Assembly (NCBI GenBank): GCA_021613535.1
Contig: CP075492.1
Span: 1,116,001 to 1,180,000, forward strand
Source: Adineta vaga
Taxonomy: Eukaryota; Animalia; Rotifera
Length of the DNA stretch: 64,000 bases
Direction of reading: 5' to 3'
Of the stretch, positions 38,567 to 49,800 are shown piece after piece. The notes under the pieces were generated by a model. That model was not told where the DNA came from. It saw only the letters and a list, made by a program, of their open reading frames with translations, and did no database searches. The translations under genes and the position numbers were made by a program. Position 1 is the first letter of the stretch. Every line of letters starts with the position of its first letter.

Positions 38567-39314
38567 TTATAAATTTAATGAATTATGATCGTTGAGCCAT
38601 TTAGGAACATCTTGATGTGATAGGTTTAAAAATTTGCGTAAATCGTCTGCAATATCCCAATTGTCTTCGTTAAAGAATGATGTTACTTGACCTAAACATG
38701 GATAAATAAGAATAAAATACAAATTCGTTTTCGAATCATTTTTCTTCTCTGTATATATATTACCAGTATTACGATTTACTCGTCCAATACATTCTCTATA
38801 TACATAAATATCATTTGATAAATCAAAGTTAACGATATGTTGAATATTTCTACAATCATCAGATGCATAAAAATAGAATTTGTTTTACAAATAAATGCTT
38901 ACATAAGATCGGTACCACGCATAGCAACAATAGTTGACAAAAGAATTTGTGTTCGACCAGTTTTAAACGATTGAATAGCTTCTTCACGTTGAGATTGTTG
39001 TTTATTACCGTGTATACTAGTTATAGGATAATGATGATTTCGAAGAAATTCATCGAGCATATCAACACCACGTCTTGTCTTTGCATACACTAATGTTGTC
39101 AATGGATTCATATCTTAAAGTTATAGTCAAAGCAAAATATATTGTTTTGTTCATTCTTACCATTTTGTTTATTGAGCAAATCGAGAAGGTATGAATATTT
39201 TTGATTATTTTCAACCCATACAACTGTTTGTTTGACATCTTCTTTAGTTAGATTTGAACTATGTCTATCCTCTTGTTGTTCAATATGATCAGTTTTGACA
39301 ATATTTGATGCCAT
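38567..39314 (-). CDS. Stand-alone DEAD-box helicase C-terminal (RecA2) domain, DDX3/Ded1-like, degenerate motifs; 4 exons
   Basis: VKQTVVWVE...TLVYAKTRRGVD...SIHGNKQQSQREEAIQSFKTGRTQILLST.VAMRGTD...HIVNFDL...CIGRVNR...TSFFNE...QDVPKWL. Three short in-phase introns; no DEAD domain upstream. Confidence 0.75.
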
Positions 39315-39867
39315 GTAAACTTTTTTACGCTTTCAAAAGAAGAATGAATACTATATAGATGAGAATAAGTTTTAGAGGGAGAGAAGAAAGTTTTTTCTTG
39401 CACCATATTTTGTCACATTGAGTAACAAGAGAACGAGAATGATGAAAGAAAACGTTTTTTTCTTGCAATGTGATTGATATTACTGAATCATATTTTAAAT
39501 ATTCTTTGGCGGTGCGAATATTTGTCGATAAAGGAGAGGTGCAAATTAAAGTGTCTTCTATAGCCACACGTTCATCCATATCTTTAAGAATTATTTTTTG
39601 AGATTTTTTTATTCTATGAGATGAATATATTAGTAGAACAAAATGAAATATAATCGATCTAATGTTTATTTCAATCCATATTTTTGTTCATTCTTTTCTA
39701 ATCAAATTTAGTATGATCTAAATCATCATCGTAATCTCCACATGTATCATTTAGAAATCAAATAACATCAGTATTTGATTTAATGAAAACGATATCATCA
39801 CAATTACCAAAATGAATACCATAGTCTAACCACTTTCTTCATTGATCATTTCATGTTTAACATAGAC

Positions 39868-39917
39868 TCGAAGATGCGGGTGTCCCATAGACGAATATCC
39901 AAATCCACACCCTCAAG
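39868..39917. repeat. Telomere-like hairpin (degenerate)
   Basis: GATGCGGGTGT...ATCCAAATCCACACCCTCAAG. Confidence 0.65.
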
Positions 39918-39988
39918 GTTTAATATCTGATTCCAGTTCATTCCAATGTACTGATGAACGTTTATAGAAATGGGGGAAATCGTGCTTT

Positions 39989-40013
39989 TCTCTCTCTCTC
40001 TCTCTCTCTCTCT
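39989..40013. repeat. (TC)n microsatellite
   Basis: About 12 TC units. Confidence 0.9.
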
Positions 40014-40241
40014 GTTCGGTCGTGCTGTTAAAGCCAAATGATTTTATTTATACAGGATAAGAACAGAAAAAAAGACGGATTTTCTTTCTATCATCCAAGC
40101 ATCGATTGATAACGAGTAAGTAGACAAATGCATATTTTTAATAAGGTTTTTTTTATCAGAGACATAGAATGTATTTATTTTATCTCCATCTTTATTCACA
40201 CTCTAACATTGAGATTAAGTCCTCTTTGTGATTTTCATAAG

Positions 40242-40577
40242 AACATTGCCGATGGAATCGTTCAAGTTGATGTCAATTTCGAAGCAACAATTAATAAAAC
40301 AACATCATCACATCAAGATGGAGACAGTTGCCAAATTCGTTTCACGATTGATGCTGATACACCACTACCCACTAGTAGACAAAGAAAACATATAGGCTTT
40401 GAAATTTATTTCAAAGCAAAACCTAAACAGACAGGTCATGCATGGTGTGACGCTGTGCCGAAAGGAAGACCAGGCACGGGCGTTGATATGAAAGAAAGTA
40501 CAGAGGGACCGATAACTAAGGAGTTTCTTAATAAGGATACGGTAACATATTCGATTACTACGTACACTTTGAAATAA
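40242..40577 (+). CDS. Terminal exon of an uncharacterised protein, possibly an Ntox47-like RNase domain; upstream exons appear damaged
   Basis: Coding-like 111-aa block after an acceptor at 40241, with motif IDAD...HIGFE...GHAWCDAVPKGR. The nearest upstream donor is not phase-compatible. Confidence 0.45.
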   Translation, partial: NIADGIVQVDVNFEATINKTTSSHQDGDSCQIRFTIDADTPLPTSRQRKHIGFEIYFKAKPKQTGHAWCDAVPKGRPGTGVDMKESTEGPITKEFLNKDTVTYSITTYTLK

Positions 40578-40995
40578 TAAATGATCGTATTATTCACATA
40601 GTTCTTTTCTTTGATTCTTAATAAATATTAATGAAGAATAAAAATTTCGATGATCTTGATCTTTTTGTGGTCGTGATGATTATCACCGTTGTTTTCATTA
40701 CTGTTTTATAGCTGTGAATGTAATTATTGTTGAAAACTGACATCGTTGTTGATAAATAATTCGAAACAATAAATTTGTGTATAGTGTTGATCATTTAAAT
40801 AAAACAAATCAAGTAAATTGATAGAAGATTTCAAACAATGACAATTTGAAATCATAGTTTTTATTTGATTAAATATGAGTACAATACAACATCTTCTATT
40901 TTAGGATTACAATACAATAGTGAAATGATGGAAGGGATAAAGATAAGTTTGCTTCTCTTTTGTTTATTTATTCCATATCTAATTCTTTTTCTCAT

Positions 40996-42000
40996 TCAAT
41001 TTGTAGGTACAATACGTCGTCGTAATATTTTTATTTGAATAATTTCTTTGAATTTTTGTCGAAATATATTTGATGTTAAAATAAAATTGAGAAATGTCAA
41101 AGCATAAACTAAATAAACTAAATCAAAAAATAGATTATTTAAAAATGTATCCATTAAAGCATAAGATCCTGTTAATGAACTAAGACCAAAATATGTTCGA
41201 TAAACACTATACACTGTATATGGAATATTTAAAATCATGTAAATAATTACTTGATTTATTAACATTTTATGAAGTTGTGTTTCTTTTCTTGATAGACGAC
41301 CAGGTATTGTCATAGTTTCACTTCTTTCATTTATTACATTTGGTAAAATACGTTGTTTACTTCGATGAATATTGCGAATAGTACGAAATCCAAAGAATAA
41401 TAATAACACAATAGGGAAAATTCCATTTTCGATTAGAAAATATAAATAAAAATATGTCGAAATAGTCACATCATTAATTCTACATTTGTTGTTTTTCACA
41501 TCAATAGTAATAAGAATTTGAATATAGAAAAGTAACCAAATGATGATATTGATAATAATAAGACGAAAAGCAATCTTTGGTGAACTCCATCGACGAAGAC
41601 GAACATCACTAGAACTACAAGCATACCGATCTGCTGAAGCAAATATGATGTTATATCGAGCAATAACAGTAGAACTATAAAATATATAGAAACGAATCTT
41701 ACAAAACCATGATGGAACAGAATTAACTGGAACACTATAACCATATTGAATCATTCGAATAAAAGTTGCACAATTGAAAATAAAGAGTTGTGCAATACTT
41801 GATGCTATGAAATACATAGCACAAGGACTCTTACGAAATGCTGGTTGATAAAATACAATACAAGTCAGAACTGCTCCAATGTTACCAATAATAAATATAA
41901 AACAATCAAGACATTGTGAATTGATTTGTATCAAGAAGTTGAAGAGAGCAATTAATTGAGTTTCTCTATCTATAGCAACAGTTGTTGTAGTATTACTCAT
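40996..42000 (-). CDS. Divergent rhodopsin-like GPCR
   Basis: Seven hydrophobic segments; IGNIG in TM1, FCKIRFY, ASADRY, NIPY in TM6, FRQKF helix 8; intronless. Confidence 0.88.
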   Translation of the reverse strand: MSNTTTTVAIDRETQLIALFNFLIQINSQCLDCFIFIIGNIGAVLTCIVFYQPAFRKSPCAMYFIASSIAQLFIFNCATFIRMIQYGYSVPVNSVPSWFCKIRFYIFYSSTVIARYNIIFASADRYACSSSDVRLRRWSSPKIAFRLIIINIIIWLLFYIQILITIDVKNNKCRINDVTISTYFYLYFLIENGIFPIVLLLFFGFRTIRNIHRSKQRILPNVINERSETMTIPGRLSRKETQLHKMLINQVIIYMILNIPYTVYSVYRTYFGLSSLTGSYALMDTFLNNLFFDLVYLVYALTFLNFILTSNIFRQKFKEIIQIKILRRRIVPTN

Positions 42001-43217
42001 CTATCAAAATGTAGAAGAAAGAAGAATATTCATTTATTCCATTAGTCAATTAAGTACAAAATCCAGTAGTGATTTTTTTCCTCTATACTCTTTTGCGAAG
42101 CAGAAACTATTTATGATAAAAATGGATTAAATCAAATTTAAAGGCATAGTAATTGGGAAAATACTTTATGGTGCACACTACGAATGTCGTAACCTCTGAT
42201 AAATTTTACATACCAAACACTAATGACATATTTTGTAAAAAATATACATAAACCATTCAAATTGATCTACATAAATATGAAATTGATTGAATAAAATTGT
42301 GTAACAAATTGGTATGACATTTTAGGGTTTTCTTATAATGGGTGAGAGAGTAGATCAAGTTAAAGGTTACGAAAATTTTTACAGGGCGAAGAAGGTTGTC
42401 AGAATGTCTTGTCGTGCAGACCTCTAAATGAACACATCTGATAGTTTTATAGTCAAAAGACCGAGAGAGCGAATGTCGAAAGTGTCGATGTGAGTGTTGA
42501 TTTAAGAAAATCACATCCACACATTGATTCTTGATCTAAACAACTACCACGTTTATTTTCGGTCTTTTTACATTCAATCTTAAAAAGTGTATGACCAGAT
42601 CTATATAAAATGGTTCTAGACATATAAAGGGTATCTTTTGCTTCAGTATTACACATATGTGCTTATACATTGGTCATTCTATTATATGCACAATCCTAAG
42701 AACAGTACTTACTTCAGACGTATTTTATAAAGATTTTGTTCTGTTTCTCGATCGATAAGAATAGATTTTACAAGAAATAAACGAAGATAAGTAACTTGAA
42801 GAAAAGAAAAGTATTGAACGAATCAAAAACAAATGTTCAGTTTTCAAAATTCGTAATTATTGTTCGAGAAAAAGAGAATTAAATAACTATACGCCTTAGT
42901 TAACGTGTTAAGATGTGTATAATGAATGTAAGTTTTATGTTTAATTATGGAATCTATTCACGTGTTTATTTAATTATCTTTTATGAATCTTAGGATAATA
43001 CAGTTTAAGCAAAATATGAGATTCGCATTATTTTTTCGTAGCCCGGGGAAATTGATGTAATGATCTTAAAAATATTAATGATCTAATTATGTTGTGAAAA
43101 TTGAAATTTTTTATTTATTTATAGGGTCGTTGTGCATTCTTTACCCAATAAAGAATATACATAAATGATCGTTCAATGATAACAAAAGTCAAATTATACT
43201 TTTATCTTCGTATTGTG

Positions 43218-43273
43218 TTGAGGGTGTGGTGTGTGTGTGTGTGTCGGATAGGAGAGTAGTCTCACCCACATCC
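43218..43273. repeat. Telomere-like hairpin
   Basis: TTGAGGGTGTGGTGTGTG...GGATAGGAGAGTAGTCTCACCCACATCC. Confidence 0.8.
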
Positions 43274-43530
43274 GGCAATCACGGAACGCAAAAATAGTTA
43301 TCTCACAGCTCTCTGCTACCTAATGCTTTGTTTCGAATATTATTTTAGAGTGTCTTTGTCAAGAAAATACATGCTCATCCTTATCTGTAATACTTCAGTT
43401 TATTTTCTCTCTACCGATATCATAAGTCACCTCAAGAAAACAATAAATAAATACTAGAGTCTCATCGAAGAGTTCTTTGTATTCATCTAAAACCTGTTTG
43501 CAACGCTTCATGCAAATAAATTCTCACATA

Positions 43531-44087
43531 ATGAACAAAGCTATCGTTACTGCGCTTATACTTCTGATATTTGCCGGTAAGAACAAATCAAATGTCTTGT
43601 AATCTTTCAATGGCATCGTAGGAATATTTTTACAGATATGAAGGAGTGCGCATCAATGACGAACGAGACATCCGTACGTTTTGCGCATAGTTGCTATTAT
43701 TGTGCACGACGTTGTCCAAATCCTTTCCATCCTAATTCGCCATTCGTGGCTACTACAACTTCGATCATGGGCTGGTGTGCTGTAAGTTCAGCTTTTGCTA
43801 AATTTATAATGTTATTCACAGTTCTTCTGAAAATATTTTGTGTTGGCTTATTTTTGTAGAGAATGGCATTGGCTAAGGAGAAAGGTAGTCCTTATACAAT
43901 GGGTGCTGCCATAAGTGGTAGTTGCACTACCAATGGATGCTCATGGCGACATACCAGCTCTGGTAGAGTCTGGTACTGTTGCTGTAGTTTGGACCTATGC
44001 AATACAAGTAGTTCAATATCGAAATCATCTATTGTACTGTTGATAAGTGCGGCCATGTTGATAATTGAATCAAACAGAGCAAATTGA
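43531..44087 (+). CDS. Ly6/uPAR (three-finger)-like, probably GPI-anchored; exons 43531-43576, 43636-43781, 43860-44087
   Basis: Signal peptide MNKAIVTALILLIFA; SCYYC...C...WC...C...C...CCCSLDLCN; Ser-rich spacer and hydrophobic tail; in-phase introns. Confidence 0.8.
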
Positions 44088-45004
44088 GTTTCTATCTTGT
44101 ATTTTTTGAGTATTGTCATCACAAATTTATCATCATACTAGAAAATAAATAACTAGTTTTGAGTGATTATATCTTCACTCCTCAGTATTCAACTATAAGA
44201 AATCGGATCAATATTGATCAACTATTGATTTAATTATAGTATACGCTTTGAATCTGTCTCACGCCAATTACCAGGTTCTTAACTCTTCAAGTCTGGAATT
44301 ATTCTCTATACATTTAAATTTGTTGCTATTTCATATAAGCGTTTACTTTAGAAAAAATATCACGAGATACATCACTCAGAATTCTTTCCAAGCGCGATGG
44401 TTTTCAAAACAATTTATAAGATACAAACCACTTCACATTCAGTACATTCGTACGAAGTATCTTTCTTTTGTCTTAGTCTCTTCACAGTATCTACGCAAAC
44501 GTAATATTTGGTTCTTGGATTTTTCTGATTTGCTGTGAGTCGGAAAGCACTTTCAAAAGATATGGTTGACGGATTGAGCTTCCCATCTGAATATCATATT
44601 TTTCAATAATTTCTCAAATTAACTCAAGTCGAAAAGAAGCCAAACGAAGATTGACATTAATCGGATGATATGAAACAAACCGAAAATCAAACTAAAACTA
44701 ATGGTGAGTTCGATATGGCTATATGAGTTCTAATTTAAGTTCGAGTACGTACCATGTGAATCTTCACCCTCACTCTCACTCTCAGACTGCATAGATTTGG
44801 CTTTTACCAACTAAAATACGTGCGTCAATAAAAATTGTCATGATATTGTTATGATAGATAAGATAATATGTTTGTTAACTAACATATTGAAAAAAGTTCA
44901 AGTATTCATGTCGAGAACTAAATATTGTAACATGTGCGCGTATAAATACACAAATGTTTTTAATCAGAAGTGTACATTTGAGAACAATGAAATGAAGCAT
45001 ATCA

Positions 45005-45071
45005 TGAGAGTAGATGTGGGGTGAGGGTGTTAGTGTGGATCCAGAGACTAGTCACACACTCACACCCTCAA
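45005..45071. repeat. Telomere-like hairpin
   Basis: TGTGGGGTGAGGGTGTTAGTGTG-gatccagagactagt-CACACACTCACACCCTCAA. Confidence 0.85.
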
Positions 45072-46037
45072 AATGCATTAAATAACATTTTATTTATAGA
45101 AAAAATATATACTTTGCACACCTATAACATGACAATATTAAATTGAGACAAATAATAACTTATTCAACATGATTAATGTTTGGATTATAATTTTTCTTGA
45201 TATCATTTGCTATTCTATGTTGGAAAAAGATAATGAGAAGAAAATAACACATGTTTGTTTCTATATGCTGACGTATGACACAGTATAGACGTCATTTTTT
45301 TCGAGCAAATAGACAAAAACAAAATGAGATAGGATGTATTTTTTGCGTAGTTTTACATAGTTTGAATTAGAAAGATTTCCTTTTGATGAAATTTATTGTA
45401 ATAAGAAGATTACTGGATTTATTCAAATATAATTTATAATTAAAATGTAGTTATTTTAAATTATGTAGATGACTTTTGTATCTTGTTCATTCACAATTAT
45501 TTGAGTATAGAAAACGAATATTATACTTGTGTACAGATAAAAAAAAGATTGTATTCGTGTCTATTGACATAGATAGTTCCATTTTTGTTTTCTCGGTGGT
45601 ATATTGTCGCATAATTATAGAATGATTATGTCAAATAAGAGAAGAAGCCCATGTGTTTTTAAGATAACGGACATTTGTTTTATCAATGAGTGGGTTTCTT
45701 CCTTTTTCCTAAATTAGTAGCAAATGGCATCAACTATAATCTGATAACAAAATCACACGAAGAATCATGTGCTATTAAAAAAGTAAAAGACATAATTTAA
45801 AACGGGTCATTTGTGAATAATACTTGGAAACATTATACTTTACTTCCCGTTTGTTATCAGTGGAAGTGATTGACAGATGTATGAAATTTCACATCGATGG
45901 ACTATATATAGATGAACGAATTCGTTTATTGTGGAAAAGCATCTTTTATTTAACAAGTTTTCAAATCATCAAAAAGAAGTAAGTAGACGCAGTGGAATTA
46001 AATTTAGAAAGAATGAAAAGCATATATTTATGTAGTT

Positions 46038-46345
46038 ATGGCAACTTCAAAAAGTTTCATGATGATAATTGTATTCGTTGTTGTTGTGTTTCTAACAGTA
46101 GAAGCAATGGATCAATTCAATGTAACTTCGAATGATGGTAAGAACAAAGATTTGAATATTCTATATTTGTAAACAAAATGATTATAGACAATAATATACC
46201 TGACGAACGTAATGTGTTCTATTGTGACGGAACAACTCCAATCGATGACATCAGATGTACAGCATGGTGCAAATTGAAACGTTTTAAAGATGGTATATGC
46301 ATGTTATACGAAGAAAAAATCCGTTGTTTCTGCTATGATTGGTAA
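46038..46345 (+). CDS. CS-alpha-beta defensin-like prepropeptide (85 aa); exons 46038-46137, 46188-46345; not in the ORF track
   Basis: MATSKSFMMIIVFVVVVFLTVEA-MDQFNVTSNDDNNIPDER-NVFYCDGTTPIDDIRCTAWCKLKRFKDGICMLYEEKIRCFCYDW*. Cys pattern C-x10-C-x3-C-x7-GxC-x8-CxC; 50-bp phase-1 intron. Confidence 0.88.
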
Positions 46346-46889
46346 ACAACAAACTTCAATGCGTAATTAATCCAGAAGTGGGTGTGGGTTTGAGGGTTTG
46401 AATGTGCATATTTATTATGAATAAAATGACTATAAGCATCATGTGCCCATTTTCTTAATTCTTTATCATGTCACTTAATTATAGCGTTATGAATTAAGTT
46501 GGGTGGATAAGATGAGATATAAGTTTTTGTACTCAGATCTAATTTTATTTTCAATAACTCACTTAATCTCTTATTTTAACCAAAACTCTCTGGGTACTAT
46601 TGGTTTCCATTTATATTGACAAGATGATATTCTTTTACATCAGTAATTTATTCTAAACTCTTTTAATAACATGTTCAATAAATGTAAAAGTAAAGAATAA
46701 GTTATGATCATTTTCTACTTTCAACATGCAATTTTATTATCATTCAAACACGTTCTTTGGTTTGATGATCATGTTGACATTTTTCTTTTCTTCATCATCA
46801 CATTTAACTATAAAAAGATTAGTGACAGTCATTATTTTTCTCTTTCTCTTTCTCTTGAATTATATAATTCTCAATTAATCCTTCTAAAG

Positions 46890-49800
46890 ATGAATACAAT
46901 GTCGATTATTGTTGAAGGTAAAGAAATATTTCCGATCTTTCTACTGACTTTATTTCGATTGACATTGATAACATGTCAATTTAACATGTACAATATCCGA
47001 GAAATAGTTGATAATAATACATTAGAATATGATTGTTTGGATTATTATGGTTATTATGAAACGAAATTAGCTAATGAAGACTTATATGATGCCATCAATG
47101 AAATCATATCATTTTGTATTCGTCCAGTGAATCCATCTGATGATCCAATCGATACATTTGTTCATCCACTTGCTCGTCGATTATCATTTGAAGATGTCAG
47201 TTTAATGGGTATTACTGTAGAACAACTTCGTTCATGGTCAATTCCAAAAGCAACAATTGAAGATTATCAACGTTACCTAATGAATTTGAAAACAGTTTCA
47301 TTAAATGATTATTTCTATCATTGTACTTTTCCACAATTTGGTTTTCGATGTCAATATTCATTTGGATCTCGTTATAAACAAGGAATGTCTTTTAATGATA
47401 TTGTTGATGCAACATATCAAAGTAAACAATCCTATTCAGAATTACAAACAAAAACAATAATACAAGCACCATTACCATGTTATGTTTTACTTTCATGCCA
47501 TCGTAATGGAATAGAATGGTGTCTCGATTGGCGAGAGATTTGTGATGGAATTGTCGATTGTTTTGATGAAAGTAGTGATGAAGAATATTGTTTTCTAATG
47601 GAAATCAACGAATGTAAAGAAGATGAATATCGATGTCATAATGGAATGTGTATTGCAGAAGAATTATGGAATAATGGTGAAGGTGAAGCAGATTGTCTTG
47701 ATCGATCTGATGAGATTTTAGTTGCTCCATATTTAGATATGTGTTATCAAGATGTATCATTTCGTTGTAAAGAACATTCATGTCGACCAGGTGGTGGAAC
47801 ATTTTCATGTGGTGATGGTCAATGTGTAATGAGATATAAACATTGTCATAGTGGTCGTCATCAATTATTAATTGAATCATTGATGAAAGAAAATGATTTA
47901 GATAAAGAATGTTGGATAACAATGATTTGTTTAACTAAACTTATCGAACAAATTCATGGTATATCATGTTATATATGGTTAATGGATGATTTTACTAATG
48001 AATATCTTTCAAAATGTCCTTCATTTTTTCAATTTCCATCTAATACTATTTATTCGAATCATGTTCGTTTTTTCTATGAAAATATTCATTTACGAAATAA
48101 TTTAACTCTTAATTTCACACCTAATTACATATGTTATAATGTCGAATTATGTGAATTTCATTCAAATAGTTTAACTCGTGATGATCTTATTTGTTTGAAA
48201 AAATTCAATAAACATATACAATGGGATAATACTGTTGAGAATCCTTGGAGTGAATTAATATGGTGGATTGAACAAGATTTTCGTTCTTGTTTAATATCAA
48301 CAAGTTTTATTTCAAATCAAATGATATATTTTAATTCTTCTACACTTTATCAATGTTCAAAATCATTGAAAATAATCTCTTTTCATCGTTTCAAAGATAA
48401 GATGAAAGATTGTATTGAAGCTGATGATGAAAATTCTTCTCTAAATTGTTTACTTAATGATCGATATCGAATTCGATGTGGTGGAGCAAATGAATGTTGG
48501 TCACCCATACAAAAAGAAAATGCTTGTCGATCGAGTCGTGAACAAAGTCAAGAAATTCTTCCATTTCAAAGTTTTTGTGATGGGATACCTCAACATTTTT
48601 ATTATAATCTCAATAGACAATTACGTTACGATGAAGATGAATGTGATATAGATAAATTATGTAATAATATGTATTCACGTTGTGATGGACATTGGGCATG
48701 TCGAGATGGACGAGATGAATGGAATTGTAGTCAAACAATATGTCCAATAAGAAGTCATATATGTATATCGCCTGTTAATTATACAATATTTTGTTTACCA
48801 TATACTCGTGTCAATGATAGAAATGATGATTGTCTTGGAGCAACAGATGAATCAAAACAATGTCATATGACATTTAATTCTTATGATAATCTTATTCGTT
48901 TTCGATGTTTAAAAGATGAAAGATGTTTAAGATCATCAGCATTATGTAATGAAAAAGTTGATTGTCCTATTTTAAAAGATGATGAACAATTTTGTAAAAA
49001 ATATCCTTTATTTACTTGTCAAAAAAATATATCAAATCAACGTAATGAAATTGAACAAATTTTATGTGAATTAAATGAAAATAATCAACATCGAATTAAA
49101 TATTTCTCTATTATTACATCATCACCTTATCCTTCATTTAAACAAAATGAATTTTTAGAAATAAATAAAGAAAAAGATGAATCAATAATAATAAAAAAGA
49201 AAATCATATTTTCCAAAGAAGATCAACAATGGTCACATTATTGTAATCATGGTATAATGATTGAAAAACAATTAAATAATAAAATCTTATATAAATGTTT
49301 ATGTCCATCTAATTATTATGGTCATTTATGTCAATATGTAAATGAACGAATTAGTTTATCATTAAAATTAAGTTCAACTAATCGATATGAAATTTATGAT
49401 ATTATTATTTTATTAATTGATGATAATAAAAATGAAATTATAACATTTCATCAATTTCAATATATTACAAAAGATAGTTGTACAATAAAATTTAATAGAA
49501 TTTTTTTATATTCAATAAGACCAAAAAATAATTCATCAAAATATTTTATTCGAATTGATATTATTGAAAAGAATTCAATGATTTATATTGGACATTGGTA
49601 TTATTCAATTCCATTCGTATTTTTACCTGTAAATCGTTTGAGTATTGTATTAAATTTATCATCAACTATTATTCAAACACAAACAATAAGAAAATGTCAA
49701 AGAAAATGTTTAAATAAAGAACAAGAATGTATTGAATATATAAATAATAAAGATAAATCATTTTGTCGATGGAAAACTTCATCAATGATTTCACATCAAT

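Noticed and set aside
42257-42720. Minus-strand ORF fragments with a possible splice donor
   Set aside because: No coherent gene model or recognisable domain; overlaps a degenerate hairpin.
46704-46889. N-terminal extension of the 1627-aa ORF
   Set aside because: Low-complexity, UTR-like sequence; the signal-like segment follows the Met at 46890.
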